In this document: one piece after another, positions 21,003 through 30,515 of the stretch
Layout: every line of letters starts with the position of its first letter
Numbering within the stretch: the stretch's first letter is position 1
NCBI GenBank assembly: GCA_965248445.1
Contig: CBDFJG010000004.1
Coordinates: 1,056,001 to 1,120,000 of the forward strand
DNA length: 64,000 nucleotides
Source of the DNA: Planctomycetota bacterium
GTDB taxonomy: Bacteria > Planctomycetota > JAJSAM01 > JAJVHW01
Direction of reading: 5' to 3'
Made by a program: the position numbers and the translations under genes
The notes under the pieces: generated by a model
What the model was told of the DNA's origin: nothing
What the model saw: the letters and a program-made list of their open reading frames with translations, nothing else
The model's database searches: none

Positions 21003-21097
21003 TCCACGCGTCCGCGGGCGGTGAATGACCTGGACCGCGCCCACACGTTCTTGGACACTCACTCGCTGAGCGCGAGGTCATTGGAGGAGTGTTCAAC

Positions 21098-21198
21098 ATG
21101 CGTCTGTCTCTCTGTCTGTCCGTATGCGTCGCGGCGCTCGCGACACTCTCTGCGCCCGCGTTTGCCAAGTCGATCAAGGTGAGCCCGGACCTCGGAAA
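21098..21198 (+). pseudogene. 5' fragment of a secreted protein truncated by IS66
   Basis: GGAGGAG RBS then MRLSLCLSVCVAALATLSAPAFAKSIKVSPDLG running into the IS end. Confidence 0.75.
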
Positions 21199-22730
21199 GT
21201 ACCCGTTCAGCCCTTGGTTCTGAGCTCGGATCCAGATCGCTTTCCGTTCGGTCGATGAATCGGATGTGGGCACCGATGAGCTGCGTGATCTGGTCGAGCG
21301 CCTGACCCGTCGTCTGGACGCTCGGGACGAGACGATTGCCGAGCAGGCGGAGGTGATCGAGCGGCAGGCGGCACGGATCGACGATCTCGAGAGCCGTCTT
21401 CGCCGGGACTCCCGCACCTCCTCGCGCCCACCGTCCTCGGATCCGTCGTGGTCCAAGAAGCGGCGGCGGCGCAAGCCGCCGTCGGACAAGCGCCAGGGTG
21501 CGCAGCCCGGCCACAAAGGGGCGACGCGCAAGCTCGTGGACGAGTCCGAGGTCGATGGCGTAGAGGACCACCGCCCGCGCGAGTGCAGCGCGTGTGGGAG
21601 CGACGTGCTCGTCCCGATCGATCGCGCCCCGACACGCCAGCAGGTCTTCGAGGTCCCGCCACGGCTGATCCAGGTGACCGAGCACCGGTTGCACCGGGCA
21701 CGGTGCACGGACTGTGGCGCCACGTCCACTGCCTCGCTGCCAAGCGGTGTGACGGCGAGTCCCTTCGGCCCGCGACTCTGTGCGCTCACCGCGGCTCTGG
21801 TCGGCGTCTTCCGCCTGTCGCGGCGCGAGACCAGTCGTCTGTTGCGTGACGTCATCGGCGTCTCGATGTCACCGGGCACGGTCAGTGCGATCGAGGAGCG
21901 GGTGTCGGGAGCCATCTCCTCAGCGCACATCGAGGCCCTCGGGGCCGTACGCACGAGCAGCGTCGCCTATGTAGACGAGACACCGTGGTCGCGTCGTGGC
22001 ACGCTGCATTGGCTGTGGAGCGCGGTCTGTGAGCACGCCACGGTCCATCGTATCGATCGGCGCAGGAGCGCCAAGGCCATGCGGCGACTCGTGGGCAAGC
22101 GCTTCAGGGGCGTCCTCGTGACCGACCGTATGGGCGCTTACGACCAGCATCCCACCGAGCGCCGCCAGATCTGCTGGGCGCATCTCGAGAGGGACTTTCG
22201 AGCGCTGGCCGAGGGCTCGCGCGGCGGCCGGCGCTTCGGCAAGCAGGCCGTGCGTCTCGCCCAGGCTGTCATGCGAGCTCAGCGTCACTTCGGCGAGCAC
22301 GGGGACCGCGACCGCATGCGGCGTGAGCTGCGTCTCACATGGGACCGACTCCTGACGCTGCTCGTGCGCGGCGCAGACAGCAAGCACCGCCGAGTACGCG
22401 GAACGACTCGGCATCTGCTCGACCGAGCGGAGGCTCTGTGGACCTTCGCCGACGTCCCTGGCGTCTCCCCGACGAACAACGCCGCTGAGCGCGCGGTGCG
22501 CAAGCCGGTCCTGTGGAGACGCGCAACGCACGGAAGTCAGAGCGAGCGCGGACTCCGCTTCGTCGAGCGCATCCTGACCGTCACCGCCACGCTCCGCCAG
22601 CGTGGCGAGAGCGTCTTCGATTACCTCGCAGACGTCAGCGCGGCACTCGCGCACAACCGCTCGCCGCCGGCTCTCGTCGCGCTCCCGATCACGCGCTGAG
22701 GCCGCGGATCGTCATACCCTGAACGGGTAC
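21199..22730 (+). mobile_element. IS66-family element, single-ORF (ISBst12-like), copy 1, 1532 bp
   Basis: 12-bp TIR GTACCCGTTCAG/CTGAACGGGTAC; flanks CTCGGAAA/GCCCAGCC differ, so no TSD. Confidence 0.95.
21266..22699 (+). CDS. IS66 transposase
   Basis: SSRPPSSD, GAQPGHKG, CxxC, VDET, QICWAHL, TNNAAERAVR. Confidence 0.95.
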   Translation: MGTDELRDLVERLTRRLDARDETIAEQAEVIERQAARIDDLESRLRRDSRTSSRPPSSDPSWSKKRRRRKPPSDKRQGAQPGHKGATRKLVDESEVDGVEDHRPRECSACGSDVLVPIDRAPTRQQVFEVPPRLIQVTEHRLHRARCTDCGATSTASLPSGVTASPFGPRLCALTAALVGVFRLSRRETSRLLRDVIGVSMSPGTVSAIEERVSGAISSAHIEALGAVRTSSVAYVDETPWSRRGTLHWLWSAVCEHATVHRIDRRRSAKAMRRLVGKRFRGVLVTDRMGAYDQHPTERRQICWAHLERDFRALAEGSRGGRRFGKQAVRLAQAVMRAQRHFGEHGDRDRMRRELRLTWDRLLTLLVRGADSKHRRVRGTTRHLLDRAEALWTFADVPGVSPTNNAAERAVRKPVLWRRATHGSQSERGLRFVERILTVTATLRQRGESVFDYLADVSAALAHNRSPPALVALPITR

Positions 22731-23331
22731 GCCCAGCCTTCCGATGTTCCATGCAGCGCCTAGCGGCGGCACGATCGATATCGTGGTCGATGAGGAGTCC
22801 GGGTTCTTGGCCCGGTTCGAACTCGTCGATGCGCTCGGACGCAGTGTCGAGGTGATCGAGTACGCGGATGTGCTGCGCGACGAGAACGGAGCCCTACCAC
22901 TGCACGTGGATCGGACGACGCACTACCCCGTCGGGCGTGAGGCCGCGAGGAGTGTGGAACGGTTTCGGGGCCGGTCGCTGCCTGCCAAGGCGGCGACGCG
23001 CTTGGCGCTGCTTATCCCCCCGGGCGCGCGCGTGACCGACTTCCGCGTCACGCCGCACGTTGTCTACGAGCAGGGCCCGACACCGATGTCGGACGAGCGT
23101 CTGATGGAGATTTCCTCACGCGGGACGGAGCGCGCCGAGACCGCGCAACAGCGCACCGATCCGGGCGAGGCGGAGATCGCGTCGTTCGCTCCGCAGGACG
23201 CGACCCGAAGCGATCAGGTCGCTGATGGGAAGTGGGCGTGGGCTGTCGCGATCGGGCTCGCTGTTCTCGGTAGTCTGGCGCTAGCAATCGCGGTGATCCG
23301 GCGGCGGAAGTACCGCGCGGCCGAGTCGTGA
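22731..23331 (+). pseudogene. Probable 3' fragment of an exported protein with C-terminal membrane anchor
   Basis: Frame is open back to the IS66 end with no RBS; ends in TM + RRRK. Confidence 0.6.
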
Positions 23332-24341
23332 TGTCGGACATCGGACATCGCCTCTCCGCAAGGACCCTGTGGACCGTGGGGCTCACCTTGCTCTGGAGCT
23401 CTGTCTGGACGGCCTTGTTGGCATGGGGAGCAGTGCATCGCGATCTTGGCGTCGCGGGGACCCTTCGCGTCGTGGGCGATCCGGCATTGCATTTCGGGGA
23501 GTTGGACCGGGACGAACCCGTGTCGTTCGAAATGAAGGTAGAGAACATCGGCGCTCAGCAGGTCGAGATCGCCCGCTACTGGACATCGTGCGGTTGCACG
23601 TTGATGGAGCTTCCTGAGGATGTCATCGCGCCCGGCGCGGTGCTCGTGATTCGCGGTCGCCTTGACACAAGTCAGTCCGGGTACAAGAGCAGCGAGATCT
23701 TCGTCCAGCCACGGGGCGGCCGGGACGTCAGCGTGGGTGTTGTGAGTTTCACCGTGCGGTCCGGTTGGACGACGGGGGCGAACCCCGTTTCACTTACTGT
23801 TCCGGAGGGCGATGGGCGCTACACGGCGTTCCCCGTATATCTCACGGCGGACTCGGCGGTCTCCGATGGGCAGTTGGAGCTGCGTTCGGACCTCGCGGGC
23901 CTTGAACTCGACTTTGATCTGAAGCGCGACCTCCTGACGATCACGCCGCAAGTAGATCGCGACCGCTTGCCGCGCGGCGAGTACCTGCACGTCGTGACGA
24001 TCCACAGCGAACTCCGCAACGCGCCCGACTTTCGCCTCGGGTTCGAAGTGAAGCACGACGCCGACGCGTTTCGCACGGAACCGCGACCGCTGCACGTCCC
24101 GCTGGACTTTGTCGGCGACCGACTCGCAGTGCCGTGTCGCATCCTCCACCGAGACATCCCGGTGAAGGTCAACGCCGTGCGGTCGCTGGATCCGGAAACC
24201 GGGATTGAGTACCACCCGGACTCGGGTCTGCGCTTGACTCTCGCCGAGGACCGATCGATGACGCGACGTGTGCGCGTCCTCTTTGACACAGATGCTGGTC
24301 CGTTCATCGCGCACGTGCTCATCCCTTCCCAGCTCCAATGA
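23328..24341 (+). CDS. DUF1573-like Ig-fold membrane protein
   Basis: N-terminal TM; HFGEL...N.G...TSCGCT...IAPG motif. Confidence 0.8.
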   Translation: MMSDIGHRLSARTLWTVGLTLLWSSVWTALLAWGAVHRDLGVAGTLRVVGDPALHFGELDRDEPVSFEMKVENIGAQQVEIARYWTSCGCTLMELPEDVIAPGAVLVIRGRLDTSQSGYKSSEIFVQPRGGRDVSVGVVSFTVRSGWTTGANPVSLTVPEGDGRYTAFPVYLTADSAVSDGQLELRSDLAGLELDFDLKRDLLTITPQVDRDRLPRGEYLHVVTIHSELRNAPDFRLGFEVKHDADAFRTEPRPLHVPLDFVGDRLAVPCRILHRDIPVKVNAVRSLDPETGIEYHPDSGLRLTLAEDRSMTRRVRVLFDTDAGPFIAHVLIPSQLQ

Positions 24342-24758
24342 TGGCGCCCGCTCAACCTCGCGAACGCTCCGGTCGCCTGCTCGCCATCGGCCCGGCGTTG
24401 GTGCTTCTCGCGTCTGCGGCGGTCCAGGTCGCGGTCGGCGACACCCGCGCAGGCGACTTCGGGATCGGCCCCGAGAGGGTCCCTACCTCGATCATTGGCT
24501 CTCTGTCCGAGGTCGGCGCTGCGATCCTACTGGTGTGGAGGGTTCGCGATCGTGCCGCGGGGATCGGCCTGCTCGGCTGGGCTGGAGCGATGGGCTTGTT
24601 GCACCTCCTTTCGGGCGGCGCCCCATGTGACTGTCTTCGCGGACTGGGAGGGCATCCGTTGCTCGTAGGAGCGGTTTGGGTCGCGGTGGCCGCTTTGGGG
24701 GCGTGGCGGACGGTGAGGGGTATCTGGCAGCCCGGAGCGGCGGCTCTTGTTCAGCTAG

Positions 24759-26427
24759 CCCGAATCGTTCACCAGCCGGGAATCTGAGCGGGCCGTCGTC
24801 TGTCTAAGTGCTCGTACTCGCTAGTACTTGCACCGACAGGAGCGCCGGCCCGATGACGACAGACTGTAGCCCGCAGGGGACCCTCTTCGCGGGCATCTGT
24901 GGACGCACCGCGGTGACGCGCTTCGACGCCGGTACCGTGACGAGCGACGGGGGCGTGCTGCTGCTCGAGCGGGTCGATCGTCGCATCGATCTGCTCTCGC
25001 GGTTTGCGCGCTGCTTCGGGGACCACCGGGACCCGCGTCGGGTCGAGCACACGGTCGGCCAGATGCTGCGTCAGCGGGTCTTCGGGCTGTGCGCGGGCTA
25101 CGAGGATCTGGTGGACCACGACCATGTCGGCAAGGACCCGCTGTTTGCCGCGGCGTGCGGCAAGCGCGAGGGTGCTCTGGCCACGCACCCGACGCTCTCG
25201 CGGCTCGAGACCACGCAGCTCGGCGCCACGGCACAGACGCGCTACGCCAAGATCGAGATGGACCAGGAGCGCGTGGACAGCGTGCTCAGCGACGTCTTCT
25301 GCGAGGCCATGGGGCCGGAGGATCCGGGCCTGCTCGTGCTGGACCTGGACCACTCCGACGTGCGGCTGCACGGCCGGCAGGAGGGCCGCTTCTTCCACGG
25401 CTACTACGGGCACTACTGCTACCTGCCGCTGTACGTCTTCTGCGGCGAGCACCTCTTGCTCGCTCGGCTCCAGACCGCTGACAGAGATCCCGCGCGCGGA
25501 GTCGTGGACGAGCTCCGTGCGCTGGTCTTACGTCTGCGGCGCCGCTGGCCCCGGGCCAAGGTGCTCGTGCGCGCAGACTCGGGCTTTTGCCGCGAGGAGC
25601 TGATGGCCTGGTGCGAGGCCGCCGGCCACTTCTACCTGCTGGGCATGGCGCGCAATGAGCGCCTTGAGCGACACGTCGAAGACGCGCTCGATGAGGCCGC
25701 AGCCCGTGCCGTGCAGACCGGCCGAGCAGCCCGGGTCTTTCGCGACTTTGCCTGGACCACGCTGGGGAGCTGGAGCCAGAGGCGTCGCGTGGTCGCCAAG
25801 GCCGAGCACCTGCCGGGCGGCAAGCGCAATCCCCGCTTCGTGGTGACCAATCTGCCGCCTCGTAGCTGGAGCAGCAAGCGTCTCTACGAGCAGCTCTACT
25901 GCGCCCGGGGCGAGGCGGAGAATCGCATCAAGGAGCAGCAGCTCGAGCTCTTCGGCACCCGTCTGTCGGTGCACACGATGCAGGGCAACGCCGTGCGGAT
26001 GGCCATGTCGGCCATGGCCTACGTCCTGACCTGTGCGCTGCGACGCATCGGTCTCGCCGGCACCGAGATGGCGCGTGCGCAAGCCGGCACGATCCGCCTG
26101 CGGCTGCTCAAGATCGGCGCGCTCGTGCGGATCACGACGCGCCGGATCTGGGTCTCGATGTCCTCGTCGTGGCCCTGGCAGCACGTCTTCGAGCGCTGCG
26201 CGCAACGACTGCTGGCATCCCCGAAGCCGACCTGACGTCCCGCCGCGCCGTCCGCCACACCACCGCCCGGCCTACGGTCTGCCCACACCGCAGAATCCGC
26301 GCCGTTTCGGCCGCTCACTCGCGTTGCCCTTGTGGCAACGACGACAGCATCCGCCCTCGCCTGGCCAAGATCTGACCCTGTGGACTCCGAAAGCACCGTC
26401 ATCGCGACGTCTCGTGAACAGATGCGG
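24759..26427 (+). mobile_element. IS1380-family element, complete, 1669 bp
   Basis: Imperfect TIRs CCCGAATCGTTCAC / GTGAACAGATGCGG; CTAG duplicated on both sides. Confidence 0.92.
24853..26235 (+). CDS. IS1380 transposase
   Basis: TSDGG, LDLD, HGRQEG.FFHGYY..YCYLPL, RADSGF, YCARGEAENRIKE. Confidence 0.95.
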   Translation: MTTDCSPQGTLFAGICGRTAVTRFDAGTVTSDGGVLLLERVDRRIDLLSRFARCFGDHRDPRRVEHTVGQMLRQRVFGLCAGYEDLVDHDHVGKDPLFAAACGKREGALATHPTLSRLETTQLGATAQTRYAKIEMDQERVDSVLSDVFCEAMGPEDPGLLVLDLDHSDVRLHGRQEGRFFHGYYGHYCYLPLYVFCGEHLLLARLQTADRDPARGVVDELRALVLRLRRRWPRAKVLVRADSGFCREELMAWCEAAGHFYLLGMARNERLERHVEDALDEAAARAVQTGRAARVFRDFAWTTLGSWSQRRRVVAKAEHLPGGKRNPRFVVTNLPPRSWSSKRLYEQLYCARGEAENRIKEQQLELFGTRLSVHTMQGNAVRMAMSAMAYVLTCALRRIGLAGTEMARAQAGTIRLRLLKIGALVRITTRRIWVSMSSSWPWQHVFERCAQRLLASPKPT

Positions 26428-26891
26428 CTAGCGTTCGGCGCCACGGTGCTACTCAGTGCCGCGTTCTGGCCCCTGGTGACGGCCAGCCGCGACGCTTTGG
26501 AGTTCGACGTATCGGTCGAGGGAGTGGCCTACGATTCCGTCGATGCAGACGGCGTGCTCATCGTCACGAACCGCGTGACCGAGCCCCTGCGTCTTGTGGC
26601 CATCGAACCGAGCTGCGATTGCGTCCAGGTGACTTCACCAGCTTGGGAACGCCTTGAGCCTCTCGGCAGTCGGCGTGTTCGCTTCGCCCTGTCGGACCGA
26701 CCGGCGTGGGTGCGACCGCGGGCCACGGTCGAGTTCGAGCTGGCTGGCCAGCGGATCTCGAATTCTGTTGACTTGCTGCCCGCACCGCCGGAATGAGTGC
26801 CGCAGGCGTGAGCGCGCCTGAGTGGCCGGTGAGCGTCCGAACGCTCCCGAGGACCGCCCGCGTTCCAGCGTGACGCGGGGGCCGGTTCAGG

Positions 26892-28085
26892 TCAGGCGGA
26901 AGCGAAGTCCAGCCCCATCACCGCCTCGCGCCGCCGCTTGGACAGCGCGCTTGCGTAGATCTGCGTGGTGGCGAGCTCAGCGTGGCCGAGCTGCTGCTGC
27001 AGGTCGCTGACCGCGCCCCCGTTCTGGAGGAAGTGGGTCGCGAAGCTGTGGCGCAGGGAGTGCGGCGTGAGCCCCTTCCTTCCGTCGAGCCCGGCGGCTT
27101 TGACCGCGAGGGCCCACGAGCGACGGATCTCCCGGAAGGGCGTCCCGCGGGAGGACAAGAACACGTGGTCGTCGGGCTCGACGTTCTCGCGCGAGGCGCG
27201 AAGCCGGGTGAGTTCTACGGCGATGGCGGGGTGGAGGTCGAGGAGGTCCGCCGTCCCCGTCTTCGGGCGGTAGAGCGAGAGCTTGCCGCGCTCGAAGTCG
27301 ATGTCGGACCAGCGCAGCCGCGTGATCTCGCTCTTCCGCGCGCCGGTGTAGATCGCGGTCACGAGGAAGGACCGGAAGTGCTCGGGGCAATTGGCGATCA
27401 GCGCGCCGAGTTCCTTCTTCGTGAGGTAGCGCCGCGGGCGCCGCGTCTCGCGCAGCTTCTTGATGCCGGCGAGCGGGTTGGCGTCGAGGTGCCCGTCGAG
27501 GACCGCCTCGTTGAGGATGCGGATCACGCACTGCTGGTCGGCGTTGAGCGTCCTGGCGCTCACGGTCTTCTTCGTCCCGTGGGTGGAGTTGCGGTGCTTT
27601 GCGCGCCAGGCGCGGTAGTCGAGCCAACGGGCCGGGGTGATCTCGTCGAGCCGGACCGCTCGGTGGCCGTCGCGCTTGCCGAAGTACTCGGTCCAGGCGC
27701 GCAGCGCCGCGCGGTAGACGCCGATCGTCCCCTTGGCCAGGACCGGCTCGAAGCGGCGCTCGATCACATCGGTGGCGTAGCCGACCAGCGTGGGGACCTC
27801 GCGTGGGGCGTTCTCGACGCTGGCCTGGACGGCGCGCTCCTGCGCTTCTGACAGCGTGGGCGGGACCTCGTACGCCTCGGCCAGGATGCGGCGCTCGACC
27901 TCGTCGAGGAAGTCCTTGGCCTCCTTCTCGGTGTCGAACGCCCGTGTGATCCAGCGCCGCTCCTTGCGGCAGAAGTACTTGGCCGACCAGGTCCGGCGGC
28001 CTGAGCCCCACTTGCGCGAGTAGATGTTGCCGAAGCGGCGCTTGCGCTTGCTCCTGCGGGTCTTCCTCTTCGTCTCTCCTGCCAT
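26892..28085 (-). CDS. Tyrosine recombinase / phage integrase
   Basis: TGARKSE, HSLRHSFAT, LGH...TTQIY; N-terminal arm-binding-like region. Confidence 0.93.
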   Translation of the reverse strand: MAGETKRKTRRSKRKRRFGNIYSRKWGSGRRTWSAKYFCRKERRWITRAFDTEKEAKDFLDEVERRILAEAYEVPPTLSEAQERAVQASVENAPREVPTLVGYATDVIERRFEPVLAKGTIGVYRAALRAWTEYFGKRDGHRAVRLDEITPARWLDYRAWRAKHRNSTHGTKKTVSARTLNADQQCVIRILNEAVLDGHLDANPLAGIKKLRETRRPRRYLTKKELGALIANCPEHFRSFLVTAIYTGARKSEITRLRWSDIDFERGKLSLYRPKTGTADLLDLHPAIAVELTRLRASRENVEPDDHVFLSSRGTPFREIRRSWALAVKAAGLDGRKGLTPHSLRHSFATHFLQNGGAVSDLQQQLGHAELATTQIYASALSKRRREAVMGLDFASA

Positions 28086-28182
28086 CTCGCGTTCTCCGGG
28101 CTCCGCGTGCCCCACCAGGCGGAGCGCGGCAGGTCCCGATGCACGCTCTTGCGCGGGAGAACATCCAGTAGGTTCCGCCGGG

Positions 28183-28452
28183 TCAGCCACGGCGGTCCCC
28201 GAGAAGCCGCGTGACGCGGTCAGATCGCACGGAGGTGCGCGTTCGCCGATCCAGGAAGGTGCGCACGTCATCGGGCCGGAAGCGCAGGACGCGGGGCGCG
28301 ACCTCGATGGCCGGAAGGTCGGCCTTCTTGGCGAGGCGGTAGACGGTTGCGGTGTCCACCGAGAGATAGGCAGCCACCGTGGCGGTGTCCACCAGCGGCT
28401 CGCCGAACGGCGCGACGGGAGCGCGCCCGGGCAGACCGGCGTCGTGGCTCAC
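28183..28452 (-). CDS. Excisionase-like HTH protein
   Basis: LVDTATVAAYLSVDTATVYRLAKKADLPAIEV...LRF; upstream of the integrase. Confidence 0.85.
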   Translation of the reverse strand: MSHDAGLPGRAPVAPFGEPLVDTATVAAYLSVDTATVYRLAKKADLPAIEVAPRVLRFRPDDVRTFLDRRTRTSVRSDRVTRLLGDRRG

Positions 28453-28749
28453 AGTCCGTCTCCGAAGTCGCCCTGGTCCGGAGCTGGGGCGTGGGCCTCG
28501 GCGGCTCGCATGGCCGGCGCAGCGACCGTCGGGACGTCGCTCGCCTCGGCGAGGCGGTAGAGGGCCGCCTTCGAGTGGGCGTCGCGACCGGCCGACTCGA
28601 TCTGCCACTCCGCAAACACGCGGTCGCGCGCGTTCTGCAGGGCGTTACCGAGGCGCGTGCTCTGCGATCGCTCGCTCCCGTCGCCGAGGACGCGCCCCAT
28701 GAGGTCGGCTGTCCCGCAGAGGGAGATGAGCTCCGCGACGCGCACGCAT
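28449..28749 (-). pseudogene. 3' fragment of an MGE gene (possibly primase/helicase C-terminus) truncated by IS1595
   Basis: Frame is open to the IS end; stop overlaps the xis start (GTGA); RLGNAL...RDRVF. Confidence 0.5.
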
Positions 28750-29550
28750 GCATATCCGGTTAATGACCGCGCCCACTACATCTTGTGCTAGAAGGGCAGC
28801 GGGCTTGCAGGCTCGTCGGCGTAGACCTGTTCGTACGTGCGCGGCGGCGTCTTCGCCGCGATGCCGAGGACCGTCTGGAACGCTGCCTGCGGCGTGCGTC
28901 TCCTGTTGAACCGGAACGTGAACTCGTCGAGATACCGCTGCAGGTGCTTCTTCGAGACCCGGCCGTGGTGCGTGCCTACGAGCCAGGTCTTGAGGTTGGA
29001 GAAGACCAGGTGCAGGTGCCTCAGGACGTCCGCCTGCGCCGCGCCCATCATCGTGGACTCGATCCCGTGCTCGTAGCCGAGTTTCTCGACTGCGTCGTAG
29101 GTCTCGTGGCCGTCGGTCACGACGAGCGCCCCACGCTCGATGCTGTCCTTGACGAACGCCAGCAGGTGCGGCTTCGATGAGGCCGGCACGTGGCGCAGCC
29201 GGATGCGTCCGGGCTGTGTGCCTCTCTTCGTCGGACGCACCTCGACCGCGCCGACCACGACGGCCTTGTCTGCCGCGGTGCGCTCCTCTCGGCCTCGAAA
29301 CGGCGCTCCGATCAGCGCCTCGTCGACCTCGACGACGCCGAACAACTGCGCGCGCTCCGGCGCGACCATCGCAGATCGCAGTTTCTGGAGCATCTGGTAC
29401 GCGGTCTCGTAGCGGGTCAGACCGAGCTGTCGCTGGAGTGCGAGCGCAGAGACGCCCCGCTTGTCCGTCGTCATCAAGTACGCGGCCCACATCCAGGACT
29501 TCAGCGGCAGCCGGCTGCGATGCAGCACTGTGCCCGCGGTGACCGACGTG
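28750..29550 (-). mobile_element. IS1595-family element, 5'-truncated (zinc ribbon and left end lost)
   Basis: TSVTAGTVLHRSRLPL, VEVDE, VTDG, YLDEFTFRFNRR (stop at 28788); probable end GCATATCCGGTTAATG. Confidence 0.85.
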
Positions 29551-29666
29551 ATCGACTTCCTCGCCGACTCGGTCGCCGCGCACCTCACCGGCGCCGACCC
29601 GCCCGTCATGGTCCCGCTGCCCGTCGCACGCTGAGGCTCACACGCTGTCAAGGGGTGAACGGTTAC
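29544..29666 (+). mobile_element. 3' remnant of a second, different IS66 element
   Basis: DVIDFLADSVAAHLTGADPPVMVPLPVAR* parallels SVFDYLADVSAALAHNRSPPALVALPITR*; followed by TGAACGGTTAC, an IS66-type end. Confidence 0.8.
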
Positions 29667-29812
29667 CGCCCTCCGCCCTCCTGCCCCGAAAGCGTAGCGC
29701 GAGCGGCAGCGCGGGGCACGACTGGCCAAACTGAGGCGAAACCCGCCGCCCTCTCTCCCGCGTGCTCACTCGCATGAACACCGGCAGCAACCCTGACTGC
29801 CGACTGCCGAGC

Positions 29813-30515
29813 TCAGGCGCCAGGGCAGGGCGGGGCGTCGGTCGCCTGCGGGCCCGCCGATGGCGATCTCGCGGGCGGCGGGGTTGCGGACCGCTGCGCG
29901 CGCCAGAGGTGGATGTCGTGGTCCGCAGGCACCGCGGACACGGACAGTGCGGCCCGGGCCGCAACCGCCAGAGGTGCCGTGCTGATCCACGGAAGAAGCA
30001 GCCACCCATCGAGTCTCGAAGCAGATCCGCGAATCGCAATATCAGGAACCGCCGCCGCGACACAGCCGAGCATCGTGGTCGCGGCTAACAGCTGCAGGAA
30101 GCGAAGGCGCGATGTGACCGCGGCGTAGAACGCGAAAGGTACGATCAACACCATGGCGAGGATATCCATCAGCGCAGGAAACTCGTGCGCGTACCTCGGA
30201 TAGCGCGAGACAACTGCTGTCGTCGCGACCGCCGCGAGGACGATCGACACCCCGCGCCAGACTCCCTTGGTGCTACGACACAAGCCTAACGAGGCCAGCA
30301 CCGTCATCGCGATCAACGGCCAGAGCACGGCTAGGACAACAGGAATACCAATTCTCCGAAACACGGCCTCGTCGAATCCAGACCACGACATCTCTATCCC
30401 CGCACAGGCTACGCAGGCAACAGCGACCACTGACATCTTGCCAAGGAGGTCACGTGTTTGAGATATAAGCGCGGTTAGGAACGCGGACGCAATCCCAAAG
30501 TACGCCAGCACGCCG
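29813..30515 (-). pseudogene. Multi-pass membrane protein, probably 5'-truncated by IS66 copy 2
   Basis: Many hydrophobic segments; begins at the IS junction. Confidence 0.55.

Larger units (their letters stand above)
24338..26796 (+). pseudogene. MauE/DoxX-like + DUF1573-like membrane protein split by IS1380
   Basis: Removing the IS and one CTAG joins AAALVQL|AFGATVLL in frame; PCDC and PSCDC motifs. Confidence 0.8.
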
